Shown here: piece after piece, positions 40,760-51,530 of the stretch
Position numbering within the stretch: position 1 is the first letter of the stretch
How the letters are laid out: each line of letters begins with the position of its first letter
NCBI GenBank assembly: GCA_963668625.2
Contig: CAXXKA010000008.1
Location: forward strand, 448,001-512,000
Direction of reading: 5' to 3'
DNA: 64,000 bases
DNA from: an uncultured candidate division Zixibacteria bacterium
GTDB taxonomy: Bacteria; Zixibacteria; MSB-5A5; UBA10806; 4484-95
Program-made: the position numbers and the translations under genes
Notes under the pieces: generated by a model
Told to the model about the DNA's origin: nothing
Databases searched by the model: none
What the model saw: only the letters and a program-made list of their open reading frames with translations

Positions 40760-41329
40760 CTATCGTATATCTGTCATTACCTCATCCACCTTATCGAATA
40801 CTTTAAGACTCTTCTCGAAACACTCCTGAGATTTATCATAATCACCGAAATCGGCGTAAGCCGCGCCTACTCCCTGAAGAGCCCAGGCCTCGAATTGATT
40901 TTCATCCGTTTGCTAGAAAGTCTTTAAGGCTTCGAGCGCATACGATAACGCCTGATCGTAGTCGCCCATGCTGAGTTTGACACTGCCAAGTAGCTGAAAA
41001 ACCTTAGCACGATTTGCAATCGAACCACTCTGCTCGACCATCGACTTGGCTTTGAACAGCTTCATCAGGGAGGACTCATAGTCTGACATCATGTAGCAGG
41101 CGAAACCCATGAGCGCCATACTGTAGGCGATACCATCATGGTAGGCGAGTTTTTCCGTGATTTCGTTGGTATCGGTTGCCAGTTGAAGGCCGCGCTGGGG
41201 TTCGTTAACTAATACGAGTTGGGTGTATTCGTTTTGAATATCTATACGACAAGTTGATAGCTCGCTTTTTTCTAAAAGCGGTTTAAGCTCAGCCTCTAAT
41301 TCCGCTTGACGAGATTTCTGGTACGACAT
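40760..41329 (-). pseudogene. TPR-repeat protein interrupted by an in-frame TAG at 40913-40915
   Basis: TPR pattern continues past the stop: QTDENQFEAWALQGVGAAYADFGDYDKSQECFEKSLKVF..., next stop at 40760. Confidence 0.65.
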
Positions 41330-41348
41330 GAGGCCTTTCGTGACTTCT

Positions 41349-41570
41349 TTATTCTTTCACCAGCAGTACGTTTATGGCTTTGACCACTACCTTGATATTA
41401 TCGCCCTCTTTTAAACCGAGGTCATCGAGCGATTCCATGGTGCAGACCGAGTTCATGAGAGAACCCTCCGGGATATCCAGGGTTACCTGGCACATTATAT
41501 CGCCTTTTTTGATTTTCTTTACCGTACCTTTGATCTGATTACGTGCTCCGTATTTCATCTTGCTCTCCAT
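41349..41570 (-). CDS. TOBE-domain molybdate-binding protein (Mop-like)
   Basis: MKYGARNQIKG...L.LKEGD...VVKA. Confidence 0.85.
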   Translation of the reverse strand: MESKMKYGARNQIKGTVKKIKKGDIMCQVTLDIPEGSLMNSVCTMESLDDLGLKEGDNIKVVVKAINVLLVKE

Positions 41571-41585
41571 TAATTATTGTATGGT

Positions 41586-42893
41586 TTATTTCCAAAATTT
41601 GTAAATATCCATTAAGCTTTCGCGATGTTTTAACACCTCGATTTTTTCACCATCATTATAATAACCGATAATCGTCGGCATCTGGCGGCTATTGTAGCGA
41701 GACCACATGCTTGTAGTATACGCTCCGGTATCGTGTATGGTTACATAGTCACCGGGATTTAACTCCGGTAATTTAACTTTTTCGGAGATGATATCCCCGG
41801 AGAAACAGAGTGGCCCGGCAATATCGTATTTAACCTGCTTGCCTAGCTTTATTTTTCCCTCCGAGGTTAAAGCCGAAAATTCATGCGGCCAGTTTCCACG
41901 GTCGTAGCATTCTCGGATAAACATATCGGCGCCCAGATGAATAACCGCGTAATTTTTTTTATCGTAATTTTTCACGTATTCCACCCGAGATATTGCCCAG
42001 CCTGCATTTGCGTGTATATAACGCCCGAACTCGGTAATGATTTTATATTTTCCCGAAAACAATCCCGGTACGGCGGTTTTAAGCTTACCGAAATAGTCAT
42101 CAATGTTTGGCATGGGGGTGTTTTCGAGATAGGTGACCGGCATTCCGCCGCCGATATCGACTATTTCGATACGATTCCCCGCGCCCCTTTTTTCTAGCAA
42201 TTGATTTATTTCTTCAGCCAAATCGTATAATTTTCTTATACCCTCTACCAGTTTATCCAGAGGCATACCTTGCGAACCGATATGTACGTGAATACCGGTT
42301 AACCAGCTATATTTCCCATAGGCCTCTATGATCTGATCCTTGAACCGATCGAGCGGTACGCCGAATTTGGAGTGTTTGCCGGCCGTGCTCGTGATCTCTA
42401 TATCGCCCGAGCCTACCTGGGGATTTACGCGCAAACCAAACGTGCTTTTAGTTTCAATCCTTTTCAGTATATTTGCAATCCGACTTAACTCCTCCGGCGA
42501 ATCGGCGTTCATGTGAACGTTTCTCTCTATGGCATATTCCAGTTCAACGATAGTTTTTGCCGGGGAGTCGAACACGATCCTGTCTGGTGCGAATCCCGTT
42601 TCCAATGCCATATATAGTTCTGGTAATGTCGCTGTTTCCACGCCGATATCAAGCTCGATCAATTTTGCGAGTACGGATACCAGTGGGTTGGCTTTTACCG
42701 CGGAGGTATGAAGGGCCTCGATATCTCCGGTGTGATATTTCAACCGTGCGATATTCGATTCTATCAGTGAAAGATCGTAAAATATCACAGCGGTATCATC
42801 CCCGGTTATATATTTCTCTTTACGAACCTTGCGTAGAACCGCAGCCATTCGCTCGGGAGAAATTCGACCGGTATTCGAGCTTTCGTTATTCAT
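41586..42893 (-). CDS. PLP-dependent group IV decarboxylase (diaminopimelate decarboxylase-like)
   Basis: AVKAN, DSPAK, SKFG, HIGSQ, DIGGG, EFGR, GPLC..D, GAY. Confidence 0.85.
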   Translation of the reverse strand: MNNESSNTGRISPERMAAVLRKVRKEKYITGDDTAVIFYDLSLIESNIARLKYHTGDIEALHTSAVKANPLVSVLAKLIELDIGVETATLPELYMALETGFAPDRIVFDSPAKTIVELEYAIERNVHMNADSPEELSRIANILKRIETKSTFGLRVNPQVGSGDIEITSTAGKHSKFGVPLDRFKDQIIEAYGKYSWLTGIHVHIGSQGMPLDKLVEGIRKLYDLAEEINQLLEKRGAGNRIEIVDIGGGMPVTYLENTPMPNIDDYFGKLKTAVPGLFSGKYKIITEFGRYIHANAGWAISRVEYVKNYDKKNYAVIHLGADMFIRECYDRGNWPHEFSALTSEGKIKLGKQVKYDIAGPLCFSGDIISEKVKLPELNPGDYVTIHDTGAYTTSMWSRYNSRQMPTIIGYYNDGEKIEVLKHRESLMDIYKFWK

Positions 42894-42915
42894 CTCAATA
42901 CGAATTATCTTTTAG

Positions 42916-44394
42916 TTACTCGCTTAGTATTTCGTAGTTCATGTCGTAATCCCATTGATCGAAATAGAGGTTACCACCCGCCCATTCTACCTCGCCGCGC
43001 TGCGAGTCTAAAGTCTCGGAACGAAAATGTATTTTCTTGGGATAAAACTCATCCGAGAAATTATCATTGAAAATAAGCCGGCCGTTATCCATGCCGCCCA
43101 AACGGAACCACTTGAGCTCTTCGTTATCGCTTTCGCACAGACCATAATCGGGATCGAACGGCAGCCAGCCGTATGGTTCGAAATATATCATACCCCAGTC
43201 ATGCATGTTATCGTAATTAGCGAACGCCGGCTCGAAATGCCACCCCGACTGCCATCTGGCGGGGATACCATTCAAGCGGCAGAGCGTGATCATGAGCATT
43301 GCCTTGATACCACAATCGCCGTGCATGTTGATAATGGGGTATTCACTAAGGTTACGGATAGTGGAATATTCGCGCGCCGAGGCCCAGGGGATGTTCTCTC
43401 CTATCCAGGCGAATATTTTCTGTGCCTTGCGATAGGGATTAGTTTCATCTCCAACAATCTTAGTTGATAAAGCTCTCATGGTATCGGTAAACATTATATG
43501 CGGCGCGCGCTCCGAGAGAAACGGCTTGAGCCCTCCCTCGGGATCGACCGGCACGACATTCTCGGGGACGATATCGGTGTACATGGCATATATCGTATAC
43601 TCGTACTGCGCCCTGAATACGGTTGGTTCGCCGGCGGTCGCCTTTTTCTCGAAATATATCGTGCGCTGTTTGGTAATATCGTTGGGCGCTATTTGATACT
43701 CGGCCGGATCGCTGCTCAAGTATTTGATATTTAGCTGCCTGTCCTGGATCTCGCGCGGGTAGGGTATCCAGCAGCGGATTGTTTCACCGGCGGGAACGGC
43801 ATCGGCGTTAACAGTGATAGAATAGTCGATTCGCCGCGTGGCAGGATAAGCATATTTTCCTCCGGTGCGATGGTAATAATCTATTACGGCCTGATTATGC
43901 TTGTTGAACACCAGCGCCGAGCGGGTGGAATCGTCCGGGGCTTTTACTCTATCGGGATGACGAGCCTCCCAGATTCCCTTGGCCTCCTTATTTATCCGAA
44001 ATAGGTTACGGGCGGCATTGCGGAAATAACGCTTCTGACCATCAATGAGCATCATCTCCAGGGACTTGTCGGTCTCCCATTGGTCTAATTGCTTATCGGT
44101 AAGGTCCGGGTAATAATCGCGAAAATACTCCCTGACATCCTCTCGGGTTTTGTTGAAGTCGATTTCGATACGTCTTATGCGCTCAAGTTCGAACTGAGCG
44201 TTATACACTTCCGCCTCGGTTAGCGTGGTGTCGTTATCGAGCATATCGTTTATGACTTGCCGGGCTTCGGTGAATTCGCCCTGATTAATCAGCGATTTGT
44301 AATCGGCGTGATGATTAAGAGATGTGCAGGACATCAATAAAATCAATATTATTGAAAAGGTTAAAGCCGCTTTTGCGATAGCGTTTAAATTCAT
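42916..44394 (-). CDS. Transglutaminase-like lipoprotein
   Basis: Lipobox LMSC; GDCG...GIPARWQSG...HDW...GWLPFDP. Confidence 0.85.
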   Translation of the reverse strand: MNLNAIAKAALTFSIILILLMSCTSLNHHADYKSLINQGEFTEARQVINDMLDNDTTLTEAEVYNAQFELERIRRIEIDFNKTREDVREYFRDYYPDLTDKQLDQWETDKSLEMMLIDGQKRYFRNAARNLFRINKEAKGIWEARHPDRVKAPDDSTRSALVFNKHNQAVIDYYHRTGGKYAYPATRRIDYSITVNADAVPAGETIRCWIPYPREIQDRQLNIKYLSSDPAEYQIAPNDITKQRTIYFEKKATAGEPTVFRAQYEYTIYAMYTDIVPENVVPVDPEGGLKPFLSERAPHIMFTDTMRALSTKIVGDETNPYRKAQKIFAWIGENIPWASAREYSTIRNLSEYPIINMHGDCGIKAMLMITLCRLNGIPARWQSGWHFEPAFANYDNMHDWGMIYFEPYGWLPFDPDYGLCESDNEELKWFRLGGMDNGRLIFNDNFSDEFYPKKIHFRSETLDSQRGEVEWAGGNLYFDQWDYDMNYEILSE

Positions 44395-44978
44395 AACCTG
44401 TCCTTTCGATAAATTTCATTCAGATTTTCAGTGATTGGGGTAGGTCCTCATGCCCCAACTGGTTTGTCTACAAACCAATGCTTACAGACGAGGACGTCCG
44501 CCAGCCACGATTCATCAATATAGCCCAAACGTGTATTAGGATGATAGGAGAATGCAGGGGAAATTTCAACAGGATTTATAAGTCGTATAAAGGTAAAGTA
44601 TCGATGGTAGCTTGTCAGGAAAGAGAGTCCCGTTAATGAACGGATTGTTTTATTTTTCCTATTCTATCAATGATATCCAAGAAAACGCGTTATTATTTCT
44701 CCCAATAATACCACATCACTTCCGATATCCACTCCGGCTGTTTGATTTCGCTCCTTTGCAGAAACTCTTTCACTACCAATATAATTATATATTCTGCGTA
44801 TCATGTATTCTGACATGTCCTGTCGATGTTAGGCTTAGTTCCCTGGTTTCCAAGCACTGCCTGGAAACCTTCTTGAGTCATATAGAATGCGCATTCTGCC
44901 GGCAAATAAGCCACGTTGCGAAGCAGAGCTTCGTAACGAGATGGAAAGCCCGGACAGTGGTGAATTATACTCATCAAT

Positions 44979-45380
44979 TTATGATTTCATGGATTTTTTG
45001 GTCTCGACCGATTTGACGATCACGAATGCCAGTAGGGCGAACACGAAAAAGATCAGAAGTACCCAGGCCATCCCTTGAATAGTGCCAATTATCGTGCCGT
45101 ACACCTCGAGCACCCATCGTTCGTTTGTTAGCTCCAGCATCTGCCTTTCGCCGTCAATCATCGTGGGAGTGATATAACGCTTGAGCTCCCAGATCCGTAC
45201 ACCGCTCGAGATACCGACCACATACAGGGCGAATTGCATGTATTTTACCCAGGCCATGCTAATCTCATCAGCAATAATACGAGTGAGGATTTTAATCAGC
45301 GAAGGGGAGAATATTTTAACTACTATAAACGATACCACGAACGCGATAATAAAAGTAACCAGCATTAATAACATAAACAT
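44979..45380 (-). CDS. Hypothetical membrane protein
   Basis: Three TM segments. Confidence 0.7.
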   Translation of the reverse strand: MFMLLMLVTFIIAFVVSFIVVKIFSPSLIKILTRIIADEISMAWVKYMQFALYVVGISSGVRIWELKRYITPTMIDGERQMLELTNERWVLEVYGTIIGTIQGMAWVLLIFFVFALLAFVIVKSVETKKSMKS

Positions 45381-45425
45381 AGAAACTCCCGCGAAATATA
45401 TGAATGATAGATTTATATCAAAAGC

Positions 45426-45764
45426 TTATGGTACTTGGACGTTTTCTGAGGGTACCCAGCCCTTTTCGCCCTCGCGATTTTTACAGAAAACCCAGCCGCT
45501 TTCCTCCTCTAAGATATTTAATGGCTCGCCCTCGGCGGCGTTTAACTCTAAAGCGGTATAATCGCGATTAATTCTAGCTTTATCACCATCGATTTCTAGA
45601 AAGGCCTCCGGGACCCAACCGCTTTTCTCGTTCCTGTCGGTGCACCAGATCCAACCGGGATAGTCTTCATCCCTCTCTATAATTTCCAGCTCATCGCCTT
45701 CTTTGACAATAAGTGGGTCAGGATATGTCCGTCTATGAGCTTTAACTACTCTGCATCTTTTCAT
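45426..45764 (-). CDS. Tandem SH3-like domain protein
   Basis: Two copies of GW.(W/F)C.....GWVP. Confidence 0.75.
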   Translation of the reverse strand: MKRCRVVKAHRRTYPDPLIVKEGDELEIIERDEDYPGWIWCTDRNEKSGWVPEAFLEIDGDKARINRDYTALELNAAEGEPLNILEEESGWVFCKNREGEKGWVPSENVQVP

Positions 45765-45772
45765 CTTATTCC

Positions 45773-46186
45773 TTACTCCAGCAATTTACCCATACTAACT
45801 CTAGGTTCAATATGATAGCCCAGCTTTTCGTAAAACGCAACAACTTCCTTGTTTCCCTCGCGTATTTGAAGGTTAATTTTTGAACATCCGGCCTCTTTTA
45901 GTCCCTGCTCGGCCCGGGCCATCAATGCCGACCCGATACCCTGTCTTCTTATATCGGCATCTACCGCCACATAATAAATCCAGCCGCGATGACCATCATA
46001 ACCGGCCATTACAGTCCCGATTATTTGGGAATCAATTTCGGCGACGTAGAATAAATCTCTTTGTACCTTTAGCTTACGCTCAATATCCAGTTCCGGTTTG
46101 TTATGCCGGGGATTCCCGGGAAACACCTTACGCCATAAATCGGCGACACGCTTTGTATCATTTTTTTCGAAAGTCCTGATTTTCAT
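45773..46186 (-). CDS. GNAT acetyltransferase (YpeA-like)
   Basis: MAGYDGHRGWIYYVAV...RRQGIG...KINLQ. Confidence 0.9.
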   Translation of the reverse strand: MKIRTFEKNDTKRVADLWRKVFPGNPRHNKPELDIERKLKVQRDLFYVAEIDSQIIGTVMAGYDGHRGWIYYVAVDADIRRQGIGSALMARAEQGLKEAGCSKINLQIREGNKEVVAFYEKLGYHIEPRVSMGKLLE

Positions 46187-46236
46187 TCTAATTTCATCCC
46201 AAAATCTGATTTAAGCGGTTCTCTATAGCTAAACTA

Positions 46237-47382
46237 TTATTCACGCCAATCAATCACTCCCCACTCGACGAGAGTGAAGCCATCCCGATTGAACTGATCG
46301 TTTATCTCAGGCTGTTCTAAAATAATGTCGTTTTCAAGTGGGCGAATAATGAAAAATGCCCTCAATATATTGGGAGGAACAGGGGTAACATCAAGTCTTA
46401 TAAGCGATTTAGGCTCCTGATAGTAAAATGCGTAATAAGCGTGGCCCTCGATTCGCGGTTGCCAGAAATCCACGAAATCATCAATCTCGCGGCCGGCAAA
46501 ACCTATGTCCTCGAGAAGGCTCCTCATCTCTTGCTCCAGGTTGCCGCCATCCAGAACCCAGCCTTGGCAGTTGACATTATCAAGAATTATTGCTCCCTCA
46601 TAGAACAGGTAATCGTACTGCCCGTTTATAATGCCCTCAGGATTAACATTGACATTCCAGCCACTGTTATATTCGGGTTCCGATTCGGTAATAGTGCCCT
46701 CGCATAATATATCAACTCGTACGCTGATATCGGTGGTATGCTCAGGATACAGGTAGATATACGGAGCTTCTACCACAGCTACCTCTTCATAGTCCAAATC
46801 ATAATAATCGGTACCGTTGGAATTGACAATGTCGAGTGTGACTGTTGGGTCACTATAGTCAAGGATAAGCGTGTACTCACCAACCGGTAGATTGCCTAAA
46901 CCGAATCGTCCCTGGCTATCGGTCGTGGTTGAGGCGTATCCGCCATCCAAACCGGATAAATAAATATCCCTGTTTGCATAGTAGCAGCTATGCCACATTG
47001 GTTGAGTTGCAACTATCGTTCCCGTGATTGACATGGTGGTTTGTGGAACCGAGTCGAGATCTATTGTGAGGGTATCATAATCGTTACGATAGTAGTACTG
47101 TGAGTAATATCCTTCCGCCGAGGCGTAAATATTGAGGCCATGTCCGTTGGTGGCGGATGAATCATCCAGGACAACTGTCAGGGTAGTTTCGGCGGGCAAG
47201 GTGGATATTTGTAAAAGAGAGTCGTTATATACCGAGTATATAGATAGCTCTATGTTTTGAGCCTCGCTTTCGATTGGATCGGGAAAATCATGTGGATCAT
47301 CCGAATCCGTGGAGTTATCGCAGGCCGCTAAAGATAAAACTAAAGACAATGTGGTTACCATAAGGGGAAAAGGTAATTTCAT
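46237..47382 (-). CDS. Lipoprotein with carboxypeptidase-regulatory-like domain and C-terminal (K)PxIYLYP...EWG domain
   Basis: Lipobox LAAC; TTDSQGRF; APYIYLYP, YDYLFYE, VEWG. Confidence 0.7.
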   Translation of the reverse strand: MKLPFPLMVTTLSLVLSLAACDNSTDSDDPHDFPDPIESEAQNIELSIYSVYNDSLLQISTLPAETTLTVVLDDSSATNGHGLNIYASAEGYYSQYYYRNDYDTLTIDLDSVPQTTMSITGTIVATQPMWHSCYYANRDIYLSGLDGGYASTTTDSQGRFGLGNLPVGEYTLILDYSDPTVTLDIVNSNGTDYYDLDYEEVAVVEAPYIYLYPEHTTDISVRVDILCEGTITESEPEYNSGWNVNVNPEGIINGQYDYLFYEGAIILDNVNCQGWVLDGGNLEQEMRSLLEDIGFAGREIDDFVDFWQPRIEGHAYYAFYYQEPKSLIRLDVTPVPPNILRAFFIIRPLENDIILEQPEINDQFNRDGFTLVEWGVIDWRE

Positions 47383-47550
47383 AATTAACCTCCAATTATT
47401 CTTTATATTAAATATTATATATATAAAGCTCTAAAGTTCAAAATAATTAATGATTCGGGTATTATATGCGGTTCCCGCAATTAGCCCGGTTGGGATGATT
47501 AAAAATATTATTTCGCCGGCATTTTGGGATTTTCACCGGTTCCCCGACTT

Positions 47551-48723
47551 TTACGTCTGTGCTTTTACTACTTTTGTTTTTTCGGTCGAGGGTACGACCA
47601 GCTCTATCCTAATACCCATCCTGGCAATATCCTTGAAAAAGAGCTGGGGATCAACCATTAATCCCTGATACCATAATCCGGGAACACGTTTATCATTATG
47701 AAGGTATTGTTTCAGGCAGGCAACAACCGGGATTGCCGCCATATAGTAGAAATCGTGATGAGCTATGTTGATAATAGCTCTTTTCGTGACTTCCCCCAAT
47801 ATGCCCTCCGCTTCCAACCTTAAAAATCCATTGTAAAGAGGATCGGTAAACTGCCTGAGCGACCAGAATAGAATTTTCCCCAGAGTGTCATTGAGACTAT
47901 TACCGAACAAGCCTTGTGAAATTATTGCAAGAGGCATCAAGATATAGTCAACGAACCAGTTAAAACCGGGATAGAAAAAGCCTGTTTCCAATAATGATGG
48001 AAATTCTATGGGAAGGTATTCCATTTCCTCCAGAAATATAGGGTAGCACAATTTCGGGTTGGCGAAAAGGCGGGAGTCAAGTCTCTTGTATTCGCGCCAC
48101 TTAATCCGTTTCCAGGTACCATCACGATATGCCAGAGGTCTAAATTCTTTGAAACTACTTACCAGGTCAGCCGCCGTACTTGGTGAGTTGATGAATTTTT
48201 CCCAGTTATACTGGATGGAGGCTATAACGTCCGCCTTGGTTATCTCATCGAAAAAAGTAGCGGCGTATCTGACCATCGCCGCTGGCAAACCGGGATGCGC
48301 GCCGGCATCGGTAATAAAACATAGTTCGCTTCGGAGTATTTCTTTTTCGAATGATTTGAGAATATTAGATTTTGATTTAAGCGACAGATTGGTATCGAGA
48401 TAATCGATTTTGGAGCCAATCGCGGCCTCGACAATATTCCGGGTGTGTTGAAGAGTGCCGGCCGCGTTGATCACTATATCGATATCCTCGAACGCGCTTA
48501 TCAGGCTTTTATAGTCGGAAGCATCGGCATAACGAGACTCGAATCTGTGGGTGACATATTTATCATTCAACAGCGCGGCTGTTTTTTGGGTGCTTTTTTC
48601 ATTTTTGCCGGCAATTATAATTATATCTTCTTTAGTCTCTCGGATTAGGAGTTCCGCGATACAATAGCCAAGATTACCGTAGCCGCCGAGGATCAGTATT
48701 TGTTTCGACATGTGAACGTCCAC
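47551..48723 (-). CDS. Saccharopine dehydrogenase-family oxidoreductase
   Basis: ILGGYGNLG Rossmann motif, INAAG, YLD, GAHPG. Confidence 0.8.
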   Translation of the reverse strand: MDVHMSKQILILGGYGNLGYCIAELLIRETKEDIIIIAGKNEKSTQKTAALLNDKYVTHRFESRYADASDYKSLISAFEDIDIVINAAGTLQHTRNIVEAAIGSKIDYLDTNLSLKSKSNILKSFEKEILRSELCFITDAGAHPGLPAAMVRYAATFFDEITKADVIASIQYNWEKFINSPSTAADLVSSFKEFRPLAYRDGTWKRIKWREYKRLDSRLFANPKLCYPIFLEEMEYLPIEFPSLLETGFFYPGFNWFVDYILMPLAIISQGLFGNSLNDTLGKILFWSLRQFTDPLYNGFLRLEAEGILGEVTKRAIINIAHHDFYYMAAIPVVACLKQYLHNDKRVPGLWYQGLMVDPQLFFKDIARMGIRIELVVPSTEKTKVVKAQT

Positions 48724-49457
48724 TCCAATTTTAATGATACGAATTTATATCAAATGAGCCCCGGGTCATTCAACTATCAGATCGCTATTTTCGTTATCGG
48801 AAACAGAAGTGATAAAATTGAATTTTAAATTTATATTCATGTAGATAGTCGTGTCTTTTATTGGGGTGTTTAAGGGATGTTTTAAATATTTTCGACAGTT
48901 TAAATAGCTTAGGATTATTGAATTAAAATTATGGGAGTTTTAGTTTTTAAGATTTATGTAAGTTATGAATCTGTCCAATTGTATCATTCTGTTACAGGTT
49001 TTGCGGTAGTAAAAGATTTGATATTTCTTAGAGCTGGTGTTCGGTATTTTCGGTTTATTTTATAATTACTCTGGAAATCATCGGCGAAAACTATTTTTCG
49101 ATGTAATCTTATAGTCAGCGCGTCAGGATGTCGCTCTGCTTTCATACCGACTCATCCAGTCCCCTTATACAAGAGTTATATATTACAATATCTTCTTCCA
49201 GCCAGATGTCTCAGGCTGGAAGGTGCGACGTAAACACAATTTAAAAAAATTGAGCCTCGCCGGACACGGCGGATTTCTTATATGTTATATCCACAACGAT
49301 AGTATTTTAAAAAAAATTGTAATACGCTTGTCCATAAAGTGAAAAAGACTGCTTCGCCAATTATCGCAACGACCTGGGCTTATTGCCATTACGAGGAGCG
49401 TGGGCGGCGAAGCAGCCAATTTAAAGGAACCTGCTAGTATTTTAAAAGGCACTTATT

Positions 49458-51530
49458 TTAATTCTCAACAATTGACTTTTCGATCTCCATCGACTTTTTC
49501 ACCAACTCGATAAACTCGGCGCGATAACCGTTGATATCCTCGCCTCTGGCTTTTTGGGCCAGTTTTAGTACCTGCTCGTAGTCGCCATCCCCGGAGAACT
49601 CCGATTCACGAATGAGCATGCCCCATTCGGCAACCGCGGCCGAGAATTGGAAATTATCCGAGGTCTTTTTCAGCTTGATAGCCTCATCGAGCTGCGCCTT
49701 TTCGATAAGCTTGCTTTTATCACCATCCGGTTGTTTATAGCGAAGCTTTATATTGGCGATCTCCTGGCTTTCGATCGCGTTTACCGGTATCATAACCACC
49801 TGGTATTTCAAATCATCCACCGAGGCCAACGGCTCACTGCTACCCGAGGAGGGGATGATCTCGTACAGGGCGGTCACGGTATGACCCGCGCCAAGCTCTC
49901 CGGCATCCTTGCTGTCATCGTTGAAATCCTCCTTTGTCAGTATCCTGTTTTCGTATCCCACCAGACGATAACCCTTAACTCTAAGTGGATTGAACTCGAT
50001 CTGTATTTTAACATCTTTGGCGATAGTGAACAGCGTACCGCGAAGGTCATGCACCAGCACTTTCTTTGCCTCGTTGATATTATCGATATAGGCGTAGTTA
50101 CCGTTGCCCTTATCCGCCAGGATCTCCATCTTGCTGTCTTTATAATTCCCCATGCCGAAACCCAGCACGGTCAGGAATATACCGTCATCCCGCTTGCTCT
50201 CGATTAACTCGGTCATCTCACCATCACTGGAAACACCGATATTGAAATCACCATCGGTGGCGAGAATTACACGGTTGTTGCCGCCATTGATGAAATACCT
50301 TTTGGCCACCTCATAAGCGGTGATTATACCTTTAGCTCCGGCAGTACAGCCGCCGGCGGAAAGACCATCGATAGCCCGGTTGATTTTAACCTTCTCGTTG
50401 CCCGGCGTTGATTCGAGAACGAGTCCGGCGTTACCGGCGTAAGTAACCATGGCAACTCTATCCTGTTCGCGAAGCTCATTGACCAGTAATTTCATCGAGC
50501 GTTGTAAAAGCGGTAGTTTATTGTAATCCATCATCGAACCGGAGACATCAATGAGGAACACCAGGTTGCAGGCGGACAAATTCTCATGAGGAATATCTTT
50601 TCCCTGAAGTCCTACATGCAGAAGCTTGTTCTCATCGTTCCATGGACACTGCGAAAGCTCTGTGGTAATCAAAAACGGCAGGTCGTCCTCCGGTTGAGGG
50701 TAGTCGTAATTGAAATAGTTAATCAGCTCCTCCAAACGGACGGCATCTATAGGCGGCAGGAAACCATCATTGAGGTAGCGTCGGACATTACTGTATGAGG
50801 CCGCGTCGACATCGATAGAGAACGTTGAAAGCGGGTTGTCCTTCGGGCTTTTAAACTCGTTTTCGACTATATGCGCGTACGATTCGGTGTTCCAGCGGTA
50901 CATCTCCGCGCGACGTTTGACACGATCCGCCGGTGCTGGAGAGGTCTCGCCATAGCCGCCAAGGTTATCGCGGATCAGTACACCGTCATCTATGAAACCC
51001 AGCTCGCCAGCGCGTGAACCACGGACATGTAATGAGCCGCCCTGGCTGGCGAAACCGGTTTGCATTTTGACTATACCCTGTATATTGCTAACGGGCAGTG
51101 CTTCTATTTCACGGGATGATATTCTATCTATACATCTAGTTTCAAATTTATCAACCTCTTTAGTTCTTGCACATACTACTATGCTATCAATTTCAATTGG
51201 TTGAGATTCCATCTTGAAATCTAATTGGGTTGTTATATCAGCAAGGATCTCTAAATCTGGTACGGTAATCCGGTTGTAGCCTATACATGAGGCTACAATG
51301 GTATACTTACCGGCAGGTATATTTTGAATGGCATAGCTGCCATCTATAGCATTTGCTGCTGCGCCTATAGTAGTGCCTTCTAGCTGAACTCTGGCGCCTA
51401 TTACCGGTTGATTATTTTCACTGTCCAGAATAAACCCGGCCAGCTTGCCGGTTTCCCCAGCCCATGCCGTATTTAGCGCCATAGTCGACAGCGCTATTAT
51501 TATTACCATCAGTACATACGTTCTTTTCAT
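49458..51530 (-). CDS. YfbK-like vWA protein with N-terminal carboxypeptidase-regulatory-like and TonB-plug-like segments
   Basis: Start at ATG 51530 after GGGAGGA; PLSTFSIDVD, DVSGSM MIDAS, ATDGDFNIG, DAGELGAGH. Confidence 0.88.
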   Translation of the reverse strand: MKRTYVLMVIIIALSTMALNTAWAGETGKLAGFILDSENNQPVIGARVQLEGTTIGAAANAIDGSYAIQNIPAGKYTIVASCIGYNRITVPDLEILADITTQLDFKMESQPIEIDSIVVCARTKEVDKFETRCIDRISSREIEALPVSNIQGIVKMQTGFASQGGSLHVRGSRAGELGFIDDGVLIRDNLGGYGETSPAPADRVKRRAEMYRWNTESYAHIVENEFKSPKDNPLSTFSIDVDAASYSNVRRYLNDGFLPPIDAVRLEELINYFNYDYPQPEDDLPFLITTELSQCPWNDENKLLHVGLQGKDIPHENLSACNLVFLIDVSGSMMDYNKLPLLQRSMKLLVNELREQDRVAMVTYAGNAGLVLESTPGNEKVKINRAIDGLSAGGCTAGAKGIITAYEVAKRYFINGGNNRVILATDGDFNIGVSSDGEMTELIESKRDDGIFLTVLGFGMGNYKDSKMEILADKGNGNYAYIDNINEAKKVLVHDLRGTLFTIAKDVKIQIEFNPLRVKGYRLVGYENRILTKEDFNDDSKDAGELGAGHTVTALYEIIPSSGSSEPLASVDDLKYQVVMIPVNAIESQEIANIKLRYKQPDGDKSKLIEKAQLDEAIKLKKTSDNFQFSAAVAEWGMLIRESEFSGDGDYEQVLKLAQKARGEDINGYRAEFIELVKKSMEIEKSIVEN

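Noticed and set aside
44612-45078. Plus-strand ORFs 44612-45016 and 44887-45078
   Set aside because: Run through the dispersed repeat; no protein-like features
41586-48723. Carboxy(nor)spermidine dehydrogenase/decarboxylase pair
   Set aside because: Genes are ~4.6 kb apart in separate units and the decarboxylase motifs look closer to DAP decarboxylase; cannot be supported without a search
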